A stretch of 64,000 bases of DNA from Salisapilia sapeloensis CBS 127946 (GCA_023334545.1 JAADVB010000064.1:1-64000); one strand, 5' to 3'; shown: positions 1 to 11,008, counted from the stretch's first letter. Numbers and translations are program-made. Notes: generated by a model from the sequence alone, not told the origin.

Positions 1-601
1 CTGGAGAGGCACCGAATGCGAGTGCGTGATAGGAAGGGTCGACAACGGACACATCACGCCAGTCCGTTGGAAGGGAGTGTAATATAGAACACACTTGATC
101 CACATCCAATCTCTTCTTCTTCTGGATGGACTTCGTAAGCCAGTTGATGTTAGGCTGATGCCGTAAGAGCCACGGCATCCCAAGAATAACATCGAACTTC
201 TCGTCAAGCTCAACGACGAGAAATTCATCTTTACCGACAAAGTCATCAAACCGATACTTCAGCTTGACTTCTCGCCGCGGGAGTCTCCGCGGCTTCCCGT
301 CCGCCATTCGGACGATGACCTCAGTCGGTCCTTCCTTCACAACAGTTCCTGGGGGCAAGAGCTGGAGACTCTGGGAGCGAACGAAATTGTTCGTCGCACC
401 AGAGTCAATTAGCGCGCGGAGTTTCCGCGCGCCGCCTGCAACGTGGAGATCGATGATTATCAGTCGATCGTCTCCACGGGCGGTGGTGGCTTGTAATCGC
501 ACCTCGTGCGGTTGTGGGCCAGGAGAGCGAGGTGCCACATTCCTCCACTCTCTTCGCTGACCAGTAGTGGGCCCGGCGACTACTGGTCGTCCCCATTTGG
601 G
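1..601 (-). CDS. pol N-terminus (retroviral-type aspartic protease), partial, in -1 frame relative to gag
   Basis: Manual translation, stop-free to the window edge: ...ARGDDRLIIIDLHVAGGARKLRALIDSGATNNFVRSQ...EFLVVELDEKFDVILGMPWLLRHQPNINW... Not in the ORF track. Confidence 0.9.
559..601 (-). promoter_or_regulatory. Candidate -1 programmed ribosomal frameshift signal (gag-pol)
   Basis: C CCA AAT heptamer (601-595) in gag frame, 6-nt spacer, perfect 10-bp stem GACCAGTAGT/ACTACTGGTC (588-579/568-559) containing the gag TAG. Confidence 0.75.
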
Positions 602-1601
602 TCCGACGCAGTCTCGTCTCCGCCTACCGTATTGACAGAGACTGGCGCAGGGGCTCGACAATCCTTGGCATGGTGGCCTGGCTTCTGGCATCGGTGACAG
701 GTGACAGGTTTCCTGCGTTGGGAGCTCCCAACGCGTTGCTGCGGACGTTGTTCTGCAGCCATCGCGTCAACCTGCATCGGTTCAGGACCGGTGCCAAATT
801 GAGTATTTCCGAACCAATTCGGAGTTTGGCCACTATGAGCTTGGCGCTGTGCGTACTCTTCGCGCAACGCCAGCTTGATTGCGTCCTCAAGTGTCGGAGG
901 GCGCTGCCGGAAACATTCCACCTTGACCGGACCATCCTTCAAACCCTGGAGGAAGACGACAACCTGAGTCGTCTCGTCCAAGGGAGCAGTACGCAAGCAT
1001 GATACCATGTAACGAGCCTTCTGACAGAAGTCGTTCAGGTTCATCTTGCCCTGCTTGATCTTGAGGTAGTCAGAACGAATCCTCATTTCGTTCTCAGGGG
1101 GATCGAAGGTGGTTTCCAACTCCGCCTTTAGATCATGCGGAGTCGGGAAACAATCCGGCTCGGAGAGACGACGTCCAAAGGCCCAGTTCTTCGCCTGGCC
1201 TTTCAGACACGACATCATGAACATGACCTGCATCGCAGGCTCAGTGATTTGACGCGCATTGATCGCCGTCTCCACCTCCACAAACCAACGCTGGAGGGGC
1301 ATACCCCCTTCACCTCCGTAAGGGGAGACCTCCAGCTTGATCGGGGTGCTTCTCGCAGCCGTCATTGACGGCTGCCTCCTCGCGGCGGTAACCTCGCCGT
1401 CAAGCCATCTAAGAGCCGTCGCGTGGTGATCCGCTTCAGACCCATTCTGAAGGATCAGACGACTGCCTCTTCTCCGGTGCGCTCGGCCATCCTGCCGAGC
1501 GCGTTCCACTCGATATCGCTCAGATGGGCATACCTCGCCCGATCTATCGCAACGCCCCCATGCGTCGCACCCGCAGCCACGGTTGCTGCTGGATCCGCCA
1601 T
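580..1601 (-). CDS. Retrotransposon Gag with zinc knuckle, interrupted by a 1-nt frameshift near 1458
   Basis: ATG at 1601 gives MADPAAT...RYAHLSDIEWNALGRMAERTGEEAVV then TGA (1457-1455). The rest (LILQNG...MQVMFMMSCLKGQAKNW...CHRCQKPGHHAKDC) is in the -1 frame and ends at TAG 582-580. Confidence 0.88.
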
Positions 1602-1623
1602 GGTCAGTGAAAGAACTGCAAAG

Positions 1624-1631
1624 TGCTACCA
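1624..1631 (-). other. Primer binding site, tRNA-iMet type
   Basis: TGGTAGCA 2 nt after the LTR end, complementary to a tRNA 3' end ...UGCUACCA as in eukaryotic initiator tRNAs. Confidence 0.7.
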
Positions 1632-1633
1632 GG

Positions 1634-1867
1634 TGTTACGGGACTCTTGTCTCCCGTGCTGTGCTTACACGTGCAGTAGGGGAAGCTTGATAAAACTAGA
1701 AGTGAGAATATATTGATACGTTAGACCGATCCTACTTTGCACATCTTCCTAAATCTACCACCAGATGATATCTAGAAAAGATGCAGATCATCTAAGCATG
1801 TACCAACAAAGAACCAAAGTAAAAGTAAAGTAGCGCTAGCCTAAAGTAACGGTAGGGGCCCGTTACA
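1634..1867 (-). repeat. 5' LTR (234 bp)
   Basis: TG...CA termini with 9-bp imperfect inverted repeats (8/9 match), directly followed by the PBS. Confidence 0.85.
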
Positions 1868-2233
1868 CCGGTCATCCCAGTTTTTTCCATCCAAAATTGC
1901 GATAAAGTGGTGCGATCTTTCCAAAATTTCTGGTTTATGCGCTTACCATTCATGGTCAAGTGCGTACTCGCGTTGTGTCTATGTTTCATTTTTTTGTCGA
2001 AACCTTGCTCCGTCACTCACGTTTTGTCGATAATCATATATATAGTTGTATGATTTACTATACAGTTTCCTATTGTGTGATCCGTCGCATAATAGTGCAA
2101 TTCGATTGGTAGAAAACCTAAAATGTAGCCATTCGGATATAGTGCACGCAGGACAAAATCATCCAAGGTAGGAAATTTAGCCAGAAGGCACAATACAAAG
2201 TTGAACAACTGAACAAGAAAAGCCTCTTGGACA

Positions 2234-2602
2234 ATGCGCATCTTTCTCTATTTGTTTACGCTTGCTATAGTTGAAGCCGCCACAGCCACCTCACCAAATA
2301 ACATTAGTTCCACGCTCGGCTGTGCAAAGATGAATGCGTCAATGGCAGAAATTGAAGCTGAGGAAAAGGAACCAGCAGAAACGTGCTACGAAATGTCTGG
2401 GTTTCATATATTTCCGCTTGGGCATGGCTTTCCAACCACCACTCAGCAGAAGTCTCGATTCTGCTACGGGCCAACTTGCACCCCTGTGCTCGAAAGACTC
2501 CAAGAGCGAGAGCTACCACATTGTCTTTTAAATGTTGAAGGCGAAAAGATGACTCCAGCAGCGTATGTGTCTGCACTTTGCAACAGTCCGAGTCTGCATT
2601 AA
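2234..2602 (+). CDS. Secreted elicitin-like protein
   Basis: Hydrophobic signal peptide; six Cys at 30, 51, 77, 82, 97, 116 with the elicitin C-x4-C-x14-C core. Confidence 0.8.
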   Translation: MRIFLYLFTLAIVEAATATSPNNISSTLGCAKMNASMAEIEAEEKEPAETCYEMSGFHIFPLGHGFPTTTQQKSRFCYGPTCTPVLERLQERELPHCLLNVEGEKMTPAAYVSALCNSPSLH

Positions 2603-2823
2603 GCTAAGTAGCAGACCAGTTTAATTTCTAGTCGTCTGAATGAGGAACAAAACGTCAATGGGAATTTTTGTACCAAGCTTTGCATTCCGTTGACTATTCT
2701 TCCAATAGAATTTGCTAACTACACGGACGAGGAAGCGGCCACATACTTCCTTCTGGTCCGCGTCACTCGCTCACTCAATCTCAGACTTCATCCCTCCTCT
2801 ACCCTCCTTGAAACGACGGACAT

Positions 2824-3840
2824 TTAGACTGGTCTAATTCCAGCTGCCTTCCGCAGCTCTTCATACACCAGCAACGAGATCATCGTATGGGGCCCCAATC
2901 GCATCCAGTTCGGCAAAAATCCTTTGACTGCATGCATCATTCGTCAGTCCTTCCATTCAGTATCTAGTAATATACAATTGTACGTACAAAAGCCACGGAT
3001 TCCCTCTTCTTTCAAAGCCTTGACAAAGACCTTGCCCAGCACCTGGGAAGCGTGAAAGTTCTCTGCCGAGGCTGCGGTCTTCGAGCACTCGTGCATAATC
3101 TTGGTCTTCATCACGTCCAAAGGCGACGAAGCAGTTGCAGCAGCCAATCCGGCAATCATGCTCGAGATGGCATGTACTGAAAAGCCTTCTTCGAATCCTG
3201 CGTAGTGCATCAAGATTGCCTTGGAATGGTCATAACTCGGCAGTTGTGCCGCTGTGAGTGCCATCGCCCGCATGGTCGTCGCCGTCGTTCCACGATAGAA
3301 ACCCTTGACCAGACCATCGTGCTGGTAGATGTCTCGAATGGCAAACAAAAACTTGTTGTTGTAGCGTGTTCCTGCTCTATCGCCTTGCATGCGGACTTTG
3401 ACGAGGTCCATCGGGTTGGCCAGCGCACTGCCGACTGCGCCAGACGTTGCTCCAGCCAGGATCTTGATGTAGATTGGAGCCGTGTTCGCACTTGTGTGGT
3501 GGACGCCCAGTTTACCTTCGTACCAGTCCTTGACACTGTCGTACAGACCGAATCGGATACCAGAGTAGAATCCCTCGCGTAAGAGCGAGGCAGTCAGTCC
3601 TTTGCTCACCCCTCGGAAACCCTCCTCTTGCAAAATCGTCTGGAAACCATGTCGAAAGCCAAGGTACCGCGTTCCCTCTGCCTCTGGATGAGCTGCCAAG
3701 GATTGCAACTGCAGACGCACTTTGACGGTATCGAACGGGTGTGTAAAGGTGCATCCGCAGTTATTCGCCAAGCCTCCTAGGACGATCTTAGTGCCGACAT
3801 CCGACGGCAGTAACAAGGCTGAGTTCTGACGCGTTTCCAT
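2824..3840 (-). CDS. Mitochondrial carrier family protein (UCP/dicarboxylate-carrier-like), 2 exons
   Basis: Three carrier motifs (PFDTVKVRLQ, PMDLVKVRMQ, PLDVMKTKI). GT-AG intron 2928-2987 restores ...IRGFFKGFLPNWMRLGPHTMISLLVYEELRKAAGIRPV*. ATG at 3840 assumed. Confidence 0.9.
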
Positions 3841-4064
3841 ACTGAGCGAAGAGAGGGATATTCGAGACTGAAGGAGGAGGAACCGCAGTCGACGGAGTGA
3901 AAGGACTTGAGGCAGGAGATGAAGCGCAAGGCAGGAACAGACGGTGCTCAGCTTCAAGTACCACTGTGTGACGCAGACCGTAGTCAGATCTGAGTTGGAG
4001 GCAAAGGTAGCCATACAGCACCTATATTTATCTTTGTGGGGACGAAGGAAGCAGTCTAAAGCTA

Positions 4065-5153
4065 ATGGAGGACGCAGAGATCGGTGCTGCTACAAGAGTG
4101 CAACGATGGTGGAGACATCAGCAGAAAATGTCGAATCTAACTTGCTTTCGGTGCTTTGCAAAGACTGGTATTAATCAGCTCCACGGTCTTTGTCAGGATT
4201 GCCAGAGCGATCTCGCTTCCAGCAAGACATTCTCCGGAGAGATTCGGTCGCCATTGACAAAATTGCAAAAGCTAGTGCAGATAGAGACAAAGTATCAAGG
4301 GCAGTTGGAGCTGCTGAAGTTGCAGAGTGAAAGTCTGCGTCTCCAGCAGGAGCAGCTCGACATGCAAAAGGAATTGCAACGCAGAGAGGAAAAGTTGGCT
4401 CAGAAACTCTCTAGAGAGCGACAGAGGCAATTTCAGATACGTATGGAAGAGCGTAGGCTAAAGGAAAAAGCTCAGCAATCGCTGGAGACTGCCAAAGAGA
4501 GCAAGGAAGAAGAGGAGAAAGCGAAAGTTAAAGGAGTTTGTAAGCGGCCAAAGTCAAGCAAGTGCGTAGATCGCACAAGGCTGCCGTCTTTAGAGTCCAA
4601 AGTCAGACAAGAGAACCAGTCAACGAAGCTCATGTCGTCTGGAAACGTAGACAATAAAGACCGCATGGTCAAGCAAGAAGCCCAGTCGAAGAAACAGTCA
4701 GCTTGTGAGAAACCGATCGACAAAGACCGCGTACTGAAGCAAATGGCCGGATGCTACGCACAGGACTTGACACCTCTTGTTCGAGGCCAAAAGCCAAAGA
4801 AGCTACCGACAGTTCCCGTCTCCACGCGTCGAAAGAGTATTCAACAAACGCGTAAAAAGCCTACGGGTAAAAGCGACAAGCTGCACCCGATAGCATCTCC
4901 CAACCAGCTTGAAGGAGACAAGAGCACTTTGGTGGCGGAGATCAATCCTGCTGCGTGGATCTACGAGCTAGGCAAGGATGTGCTGCAAGACGACCGCAGT
5001 CCACGTCCGTCCTTGACTTTGCAAGATCTTAATATTCAAACTCCACCAGTGCCGCAGACCACACCACAAGTGTCGTCGGTCCAATGGGAGTACTCGTCCG
5101 AACGCCTATCAAGTCTACTGGAAAAATACAATGTGTCCGTCAATGGGCACTAG
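4065..5153 (+). CDS. Hypothetical protein with IQ-like motif, Cys pairs and coiled coil
   Basis: 362-aa ORF with AATRVQRWWRHQQ (IQ-like), CFRC...CQDC and a Q/E/K-rich heptad region; head-to-head with the carrier gene. Confidence 0.7.
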   Translation: MEDAEIGAATRVQRWWRHQQKMSNLTCFRCFAKTGINQLHGLCQDCQSDLASSKTFSGEIRSPLTKLQKLVQIETKYQGQLELLKLQSESLRLQQEQLDMQKELQRREEKLAQKLSRERQRQFQIRMEERRLKEKAQQSLETAKESKEEEEKAKVKGVCKRPKSSKCVDRTRLPSLESKVRQENQSTKLMSSGNVDNKDRMVKQEAQSKKQSACEKPIDKDRVLKQMAGCYAQDLTPLVRGQKPKKLPTVPVSTRRKSIQQTRKKPTGKSDKLHPIASPNQLEGDKSTLVAEINPAAWIYELGKDVLQDDRSPRPSLTLQDLNIQTPPVPQTTPQVSSVQWEYSSERLSSLLEKYNVSVNGH

Positions 5154-5295
5154 AGATGCCCAAGAGCAAAGGAACAAGTGTCATAAACTCAAACGTTTCA
5201 TGTTTCATTATGTCAACGATTGCTTGGTACACGAAAAGATAGTCCGACGCAATAGGTGGCTACAACTTGCTTCCTTGTGCAGTCTCACCCTCGGT

Positions 5296-6831
5296 TCACA
5301 TGTGGTTCTTGTCCTCCCAGTCGAGCGTTCGGTGTACAGCCTTCGACCACTGGGAGATGTAGTGGCCTCGCTTCTCTGGGGTCATGTCCGGCTCCCACTT
5401 GACGTCCACCTTCCACTTCTGCTTGAGCTCATCCAGACTCTTCCAGAAGCCAACAGCAAGACCGGCAGCGTAGGCGGCGCCAAGAGCAGTGGTTTCAGCA
5501 ACCTCCGGACGAACTACCGGCACGTTCAGAATGTCCGACTGGAACTGCATCAGCGTGTTGTTCGCAACCATACCACCGTCAACCTTGAGCTGCGTCAGGT
5601 GGACGCCAGAGTCACCCTCCATGGCAGCAACCACTTCCTGCGTCTGGTAGGCAGTGGCTTCGAGCGTAGCACGGCAAATGTGCTCGCGAGTGGCGTAGGC
5701 CGTGAGACCGACGAGGACACCACGAGCGTCGTCACGCCAGTGCGGAGCAAACAGCCCGGAGAAGGCCGGAACGAGGTACACGCCGCCATTGTCCTCGACC
5801 TGCTTGGCCAAAGCCTCGACTTCGGGCGCGTCCTTGATCATCTTCAAGTTGTCACGCAGCCACTGCACAAGCGCGCCGGCGTACGAGATAGATCCTTCCA
5901 GAGCGTAGACAGGGGGCTGGTCACCGAGCTTGTATCCCATGGTCGTGAGCAGACCCTTGGTGGACGGCGTCATCTTTTCACCCGTATTCATGATGAAGAA
6001 GCATCCCGTACCGTACGTGTTCTTGGCCTCACCAGGCGAGAAGCACGTCTGGCCGAAGAGCGCAGCGTGCTGGTCACCGAGGACACCCGAGATGGGTACA
6101 CCTGGCACGACGGAATCGGCGTGACCATTCACGTAGACCTCGGAGGAGGAGCGGATCTCGGGAAGCATCTGCTTCGGGATCTTGAGCGCACTGATGATCT
6201 TGTCGTCCCACTGCAACGTCGCGAGGTCCATAAGGTTGGTTCGGCCGGCGTTTGTGACATCCGTCACGTGGATGCCGCCGTTGATGCCGCCGCTCAAGTT
6301 CCAGATGAGCCAAGTGTCCATGTTGCCGAAGAGCGCCTCGCCCTTCTCGGCCTTTTCACGAAGACCAGGGACGTTTTCCAAGAGCCAAATGATTTTAGAG
6401 GCTGAAAAGTAGGTCGAGATGGGAAGACCCGTGATCTTGCGGAATCGGTCGCCACCAGTGCCAGGGAATCCTTCACCCTCACCGTTCTTCAGTCGGTGGA
6501 CAATGTCCGACGTTCGTCCGTCGTGCCATACGATGGCATTGTAGAGGGGCTTGCCTGTGGTCTTATCCCAAATGAGCGTGGTCTCGCGCTGGTTGGTGAT
6601 ACCGACGGCGGCGAGGTCGCTGACAGAAATGTCCTTCTTCTTCAAGGTTTCCGAGACACACAGGTTGACATTCTTCATGATCTCTTCGGCATCGTGCTCG
6701 GACCAGCCCGGGTGCGGGTAGATCTGTTTGTGCTCGAGTTGGTGCTCCGACACAATCTTGCCGTCGTTGTCGAAGACGATGGAGCGGGAGGACGTCGTGC
6801 CCTGGTCGATTGCAACTACGTACTTGGCCAT
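5296..6831 (-). CDS. glpK: Glycerol kinase (FGGY family)
   Basis: [54 protein letters not shown] motifs. ATG at 6831 preferred over TTG at 6849. Confidence 0.97.
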   Translation of the reverse strand: MAKYVVAIDQGTTSSRSIVFDNDGKIVSEHQLEHKQIYPHPGWSEHDAEEIMKNVNLCVSETLKKKDISVSDLAAVGITNQRETTLIWDKTTGKPLYNAIVWHDGRTSDIVHRLKNGEGEGFPGTGGDRFRKITGLPISTYFSASKIIWLLENVPGLREKAEKGEALFGNMDTWLIWNLSGGINGGIHVTDVTNAGRTNLMDLATLQWDDKIISALKIPKQMLPEIRSSSEVYVNGHADSVVPGVPISGVLGDQHAALFGQTCFSPGEAKNTYGTGCFFIMNTGEKMTPSTKGLLTTMGYKLGDQPPVYALEGSISYAGALVQWLRDNLKMIKDAPEVEALAKQVEDNGGVYLVPAFSGLFAPHWRDDARGVLVGLTAYATREHICRATLEATAYQTQEVVAAMEGDSGVHLTQLKVDGGMVANNTLMQFQSDILNVPVVRPEVAETTALGAAYAAGLAVGFWKSLDELKQKWKVDVKWEPDMTPEKRGHYISQWSKAVHRTLDWEDKNHM

Positions 6832-8483
6832 GGTGCGAGGAGAAGACAACGTACTTGTGCTCGGTCGGGTGGATTCGAAAGTGAGCGACCAACAGGGACG
6901 AGTGACTGGACTGACTGGGGCTTTGTATACGCATCCAAAGATCGAGTTGCTGTACAGAAACCTCCCTGGAACAGAACTTCAAGTCAGATTGAGGCGAGAG
7001 ACGAGACCACAGGGGTCGGTCCTCCCACCAAGGAGCACGACTTGAGTTGATCGGTGGATTTAGAGAGCACGGCCGCCTGGACCGAGACGAGTGGCTACAA
7101 AGGGTTCAAGGTTGGGTTTAGCAGAAGCTGGAGATAGAGTACGCACAGACATGCTCCATGCCAAAGTGACTTGTACGATTTACGCGGGCTGTTGCCTCGT
7201 GCCGGACTGCAGTGCAGCACAATCTCGGACATTACAGACGCCGAAATGAATACGTGGGTATATGTGAAGGTTAGTTTCTGCGAAACCACGATGTCAATGC
7301 TATATCCCTCGGGAATGACCATTCCGCGTCAAAATGAACATGATCGTATCTTCTTTAAATGGCCTCGTGGTCGTACTTTTATGTCACCAGCATCAACAGC
7401 TAACGACGTAGGAAGCAAAAGTCTCGGAGCAAAAGACACCTCGCGTTGTCGTGAAAGATAACGTCAGATGGTAGTCGGCCTTCAGAAAAAGCGCGGCTAT
7501 GTTTAACATGCTGGGCTTCAAATGCCCGAGGAAACTCGTATCCTGGTACTGACTGGATTGCGTGAGAACACCATCTTGGTAGAGGTGAAATGTGTGTGGC
7601 CCAGAGAGACTTGCCATGCCGTATTCATTAGTGAATGCTTTCGCCATTACGTCTTGCAAATTCTTTCATCGTCACGCAGCACTTTGGATCAAACCTTCTG
7701 TCATTAATCGACACAGCCACTGCATCGACTCTGGACTGGACGAGCAAAGCAAAAGCAAAAGCAAAAGCAAGAATAACTGCACGGAAGATCAACCTTGATG
7801 GATGACACCAGTATACGGCCCAGTGATGGCACGACACCAAGACCTGAACAGGCTTCCCTCTGGTGGACGAACTGTTCAGCCTGTCTTGACAGTGGCATTG
7901 AAGTTCCGCAGCATGCATCATGTTTTCGACATGCGAAAGAAATCAAGTGACGTCAACCATCACACACCATGCTTTTCGCTGAAAAGCATATAAACTCTCT
8001 CTCTGTCTTGACAGATCAAATTTACAGATCAGGTACAATGTGCACGCACATTCTAATCACCCCAAACTTTTAAATCCCATAGTGAAAGCCTAGGATGTCA
8101 ATCACGATCGTGTATCTTCCTCCACAATCAACACATCCACGTGCAATCAACCCAATCCAGACAACTATCCATGAAAGGATGTAAAAACGCGCTTCATTCG
8201 TTTCGTTTATGCATGTCTGCATCGTTGCCAACTCCGCTTCAACTTCAGTCACCCCTAGAGAGCGTAAGTCACCGTTTCTACAGGACGAAGAGTGTCAATT
8301 TGCTCATCGCTGCAAACGCAAAATTGCTGCAGTTTCATGTACGGTTGCTTCCGCAGATCGCTTGGCACTCTAGGTCCTTGCATCCTACCTATCTAGTATC
8401 CACAAGCAGCAGCATGCATCAAGATTTTCAACCTTTAAAGCACATTGTCATTAAAGTTTACTCATTTAAACTGACGGTCGACT

Positions 8484-9418
8484 TCATGTCGCTTGCAATT
8501 GAAAGCTCCCACGTCTATATTGAATCTGGAAATGCTCGCACGGCCAAAAGAATGAATTGCCAAACGCGTTTATGCGAGTAGAAGGAATTGGTTTCTTTCC
8601 GCACTCGGGCGTTTCCGAGATGATCCCAATGACTGCTTTATTGAGCAGTATCGGCCCACCCGCGTCACTATCGCAAGCTGCATTTTGCCTCTTCCAAGTG
8701 CTCGGTTTCCAAAGCACCGTTTTGGTTCCAGTGCACAAGTGGAAGCTTTCAATGACTCAATAGCCAAATACGCTCTGGCAGTAGGCTTTTGGTCGGATAG
8801 GAAGTTCGGCCACGCGCAACGAGCCCCGCTTTGTCCCCTTCTTACCCGTTTCTTCCCACCCGTATGCGGTGAATGCATATGGGGGATTTGCGTCGCGAGG
8901 TACTGCAACATATCTTCTTCCGAGTGGTGCATAGTTTTGATACCGTAGATCAATAAGCTTTTCAAGCACAAGCACTGCGATGTCGTAGTCGTAGCTCACT
9001 TTTCCTTTTTTTCATATATCTTGTACTCGCGATGCATCTCCCACTGTACAGACCTGACTTGCTTTCCTTCCTTCGTTTCACCAAGATCATTAGACTTGAT
9101 GGACACATATACATAGGGATATTTTCCTCCATCATTCGGTGCGTGCGTGCAGTGCGCAGCGGTGAGAACCTGTCGTCGACTAATGAGCACACCACCGCAA
9201 TGGTTATCTGCATCGGCATTGTCGCGAATGCCTACGATGTATGGAACATCTTTTATGGGGATACGGTCACCGCCGGCAATTCGATTCTCATCATTCACGG
9301 ACAAGTTGACATGAGGTTTAAAGGTGACGGGATCAACTGTAGGTTCTTTCAGCAAAGTAGATACAGAAGAAAGAGTTGTAAAGATGCAGAAGACGATAAG
9401 TAGTGCTTTTCGAGGCAT
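8484..9418 (-). pseudogene. Disrupted secreted trypsin-like serine protease
   Basis: Signal peptide, RIAGG, CGGVLI, TAAHC and DIAVL present. Frameshift at A7 run (9006-9012), in-frame TGA at 8759-8757, and catalytic GDSGGP replaced by SDAGGP. Confidence 0.88.
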
Positions 9419-9697
9419 GGCTTCGATGCAGACGGCGCAAAAACGTATCTAACAGAGAAAAGAGGTATGGAATAACCGTATCGCTGGCCTCGACGGTGAA
9501 GCACATAATTTACTACATGCATCCATGTAAGTTAATGGCCGATCTAGTTTAAGCCGACTTTGATATATAACGGAGAGTATGCCACGGGTACAGTCAGAAG
9601 AAGCGCAACTGACGCCAGGTTCGAATAGACTTATTTGTTCTTATACTTGGCACTACATAATATGGACATGATCAAGGGTGGCACCAGTTCGTCAGAA

Positions 9698-10501
9698 TAG
9701 GGAGGTCAAAGATACAAATCTTGCGATTGGTGTTACGCAGCTTATCGCTCCAACTTTAAGCAGCTCTAGGCACCAACTGTCAGTCCGTTCAAAGTTACAA
9801 ATAAGCAGATCCATTTGCTTTCGTGCATTAAGTTAAAAGAATGAGCAAGTTGCCGTATGAAGAGTAGCTTTTCTGCTTTATTTTATTTTAAGCCACCTCC
9901 GGAGGTGATTTAAATGCTAAGCATAATCAAGGTCCGTGCGTAGAATTAAGCATAAGCAAAGCCTCAATGTAAGCAGAATTTTTAGTGACTTTGATCCTCC
10001 TAATGCAGGTAGTATTACAACTTTATCACTCCAAATTGGTGATTAGCCTCGGCTACTTACTTGTACGCCAAGAATCCACTTTTGTCCGGTAAAAAGTCTT
10101 CTACGTTACATAACCATACCAATCGAGCATTCTACTCATCATTCATGCAAAGTACTTTCACGGTCATTTGAGGTCGCGATTCCATACAAATAAGGAGTCG
10201 AAGTTTCCTAAAATCGTGCTTAGGTTGAGGCTCTGCTTAGGCTTACCTCTACGCACAAATTTGGCTTATTCTTAGATCCAAGCCAAGCCAACCCCAGAGG
10301 TGGCCTAAAATAATTTAAAGCAAAGGAGCGACTCTTCAAACGGCAGCTTCCACACTACTTCAACTTCAGCACATGAAAATCAGAAGTGAGTCTGCTCATA
10401 TGTAGCTTTAAATGGACTGACAATTGACACCCAAACCTGCTTAAAGTGAACGAGATCGCCTACTTAACACCTCATGCAGAAACCATAACTTCGATTCCCT
10501 A
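9698..10501. mobile_element. Degenerate long inverted repeat (foldback/MITE-like), arms about 9698-9982 and 10210-10501
   Basis: Hand alignment: 9753-9809 vs reverse complement of 10391-10447 matches 45/57 ungapped. Further colinear blocks include TGCCGT.TGAAGAGT.GCT, ATTTTA.GCCACCTC and GTGCGTAGA..TAAGC.TAAGCA.AGCCTCAA. Confidence 0.8.
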
Positions 10502-11008
10502 CTATCTGCCAAAAAGACACGACCTAAGTTTCGCGTGGTTGAAGCTTTGTTCTTCTAGGCCCGTATTCCCGCACAACTAGATGAAAGAGATAGTTTAAGG
10601 AAGATCAGAATCCTATTCTCATGTTTAGGAGTCAACAATGCAGCATGGCTCGCATCAAGCAATTGGCTGAAATGGCATATTCATGTCGAGCCACAGGGAA
10701 CACAAACCAATTATCAAAAATGTTTTTCTTTAACTGACTAGAACGCATGTCAGCAGCACAGGCTAAGTGCTGAGCGCTTATTGTTAATTTTCGCGCTGAT
10801 GAGGCAACGGATTATAAACAAGTGAGAATTGACTTTTGTACAATCGTGAACGGACAGGATCCCCACTATCCATTGACTCTGCTTTGGATCCGGTCGCTTC
10901 TTGAGCCTTTGATGTAATTATCAGAAATCCTCGATCCCTCAAGTGATAAGGTTTCCATAGCACATTCAATAATATGCTGACAGGGCAAAACGCAAGTCGA
11001 GAGCTCAG

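Larger units (their letters stand above)
1..1867 (-). mobile_element. Ty3/Gypsy LTR retrotransposon, 5' part (LTR, PBS, gag, protease); remainder lies left of the window
   Basis: Order on minus strand is LTR (TGTAACGGG...CCCGTAACA), PBS TGGTAGCA, gag with CCHC knuckle, then aspartic protease LIDSGATNNFV ... DVILGMPWL. Confidence 0.95.

Noticed and set aside
580-582. Gag TAG readthrough as the route to pol
   Set aside because: The readthrough frame hits TGA about 40 codons later; the protease is in the -1 frame.
1870-2241. Two short in-line minus-strand ORFs between the LTR and elicitin-like gene
   Set aside because: No family recognised; they may be chance or decayed sequence.
5131-6405. 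424-aa plus-strand ORF
   Set aside because: Antisense shadow of glycerol kinase; expected from codon bias, with no recognisable motifs.
8757-8759. In-frame TGA as possible selenocysteine or readthrough
   Set aside because: Not at a catalytic or Cys position, no SECIS recognised, and the gene has other lesions.
9612-9630. GGTTCGAAT resembling a tRNA T-loop
   Set aside because: No acceptor or anticodon stems around it.
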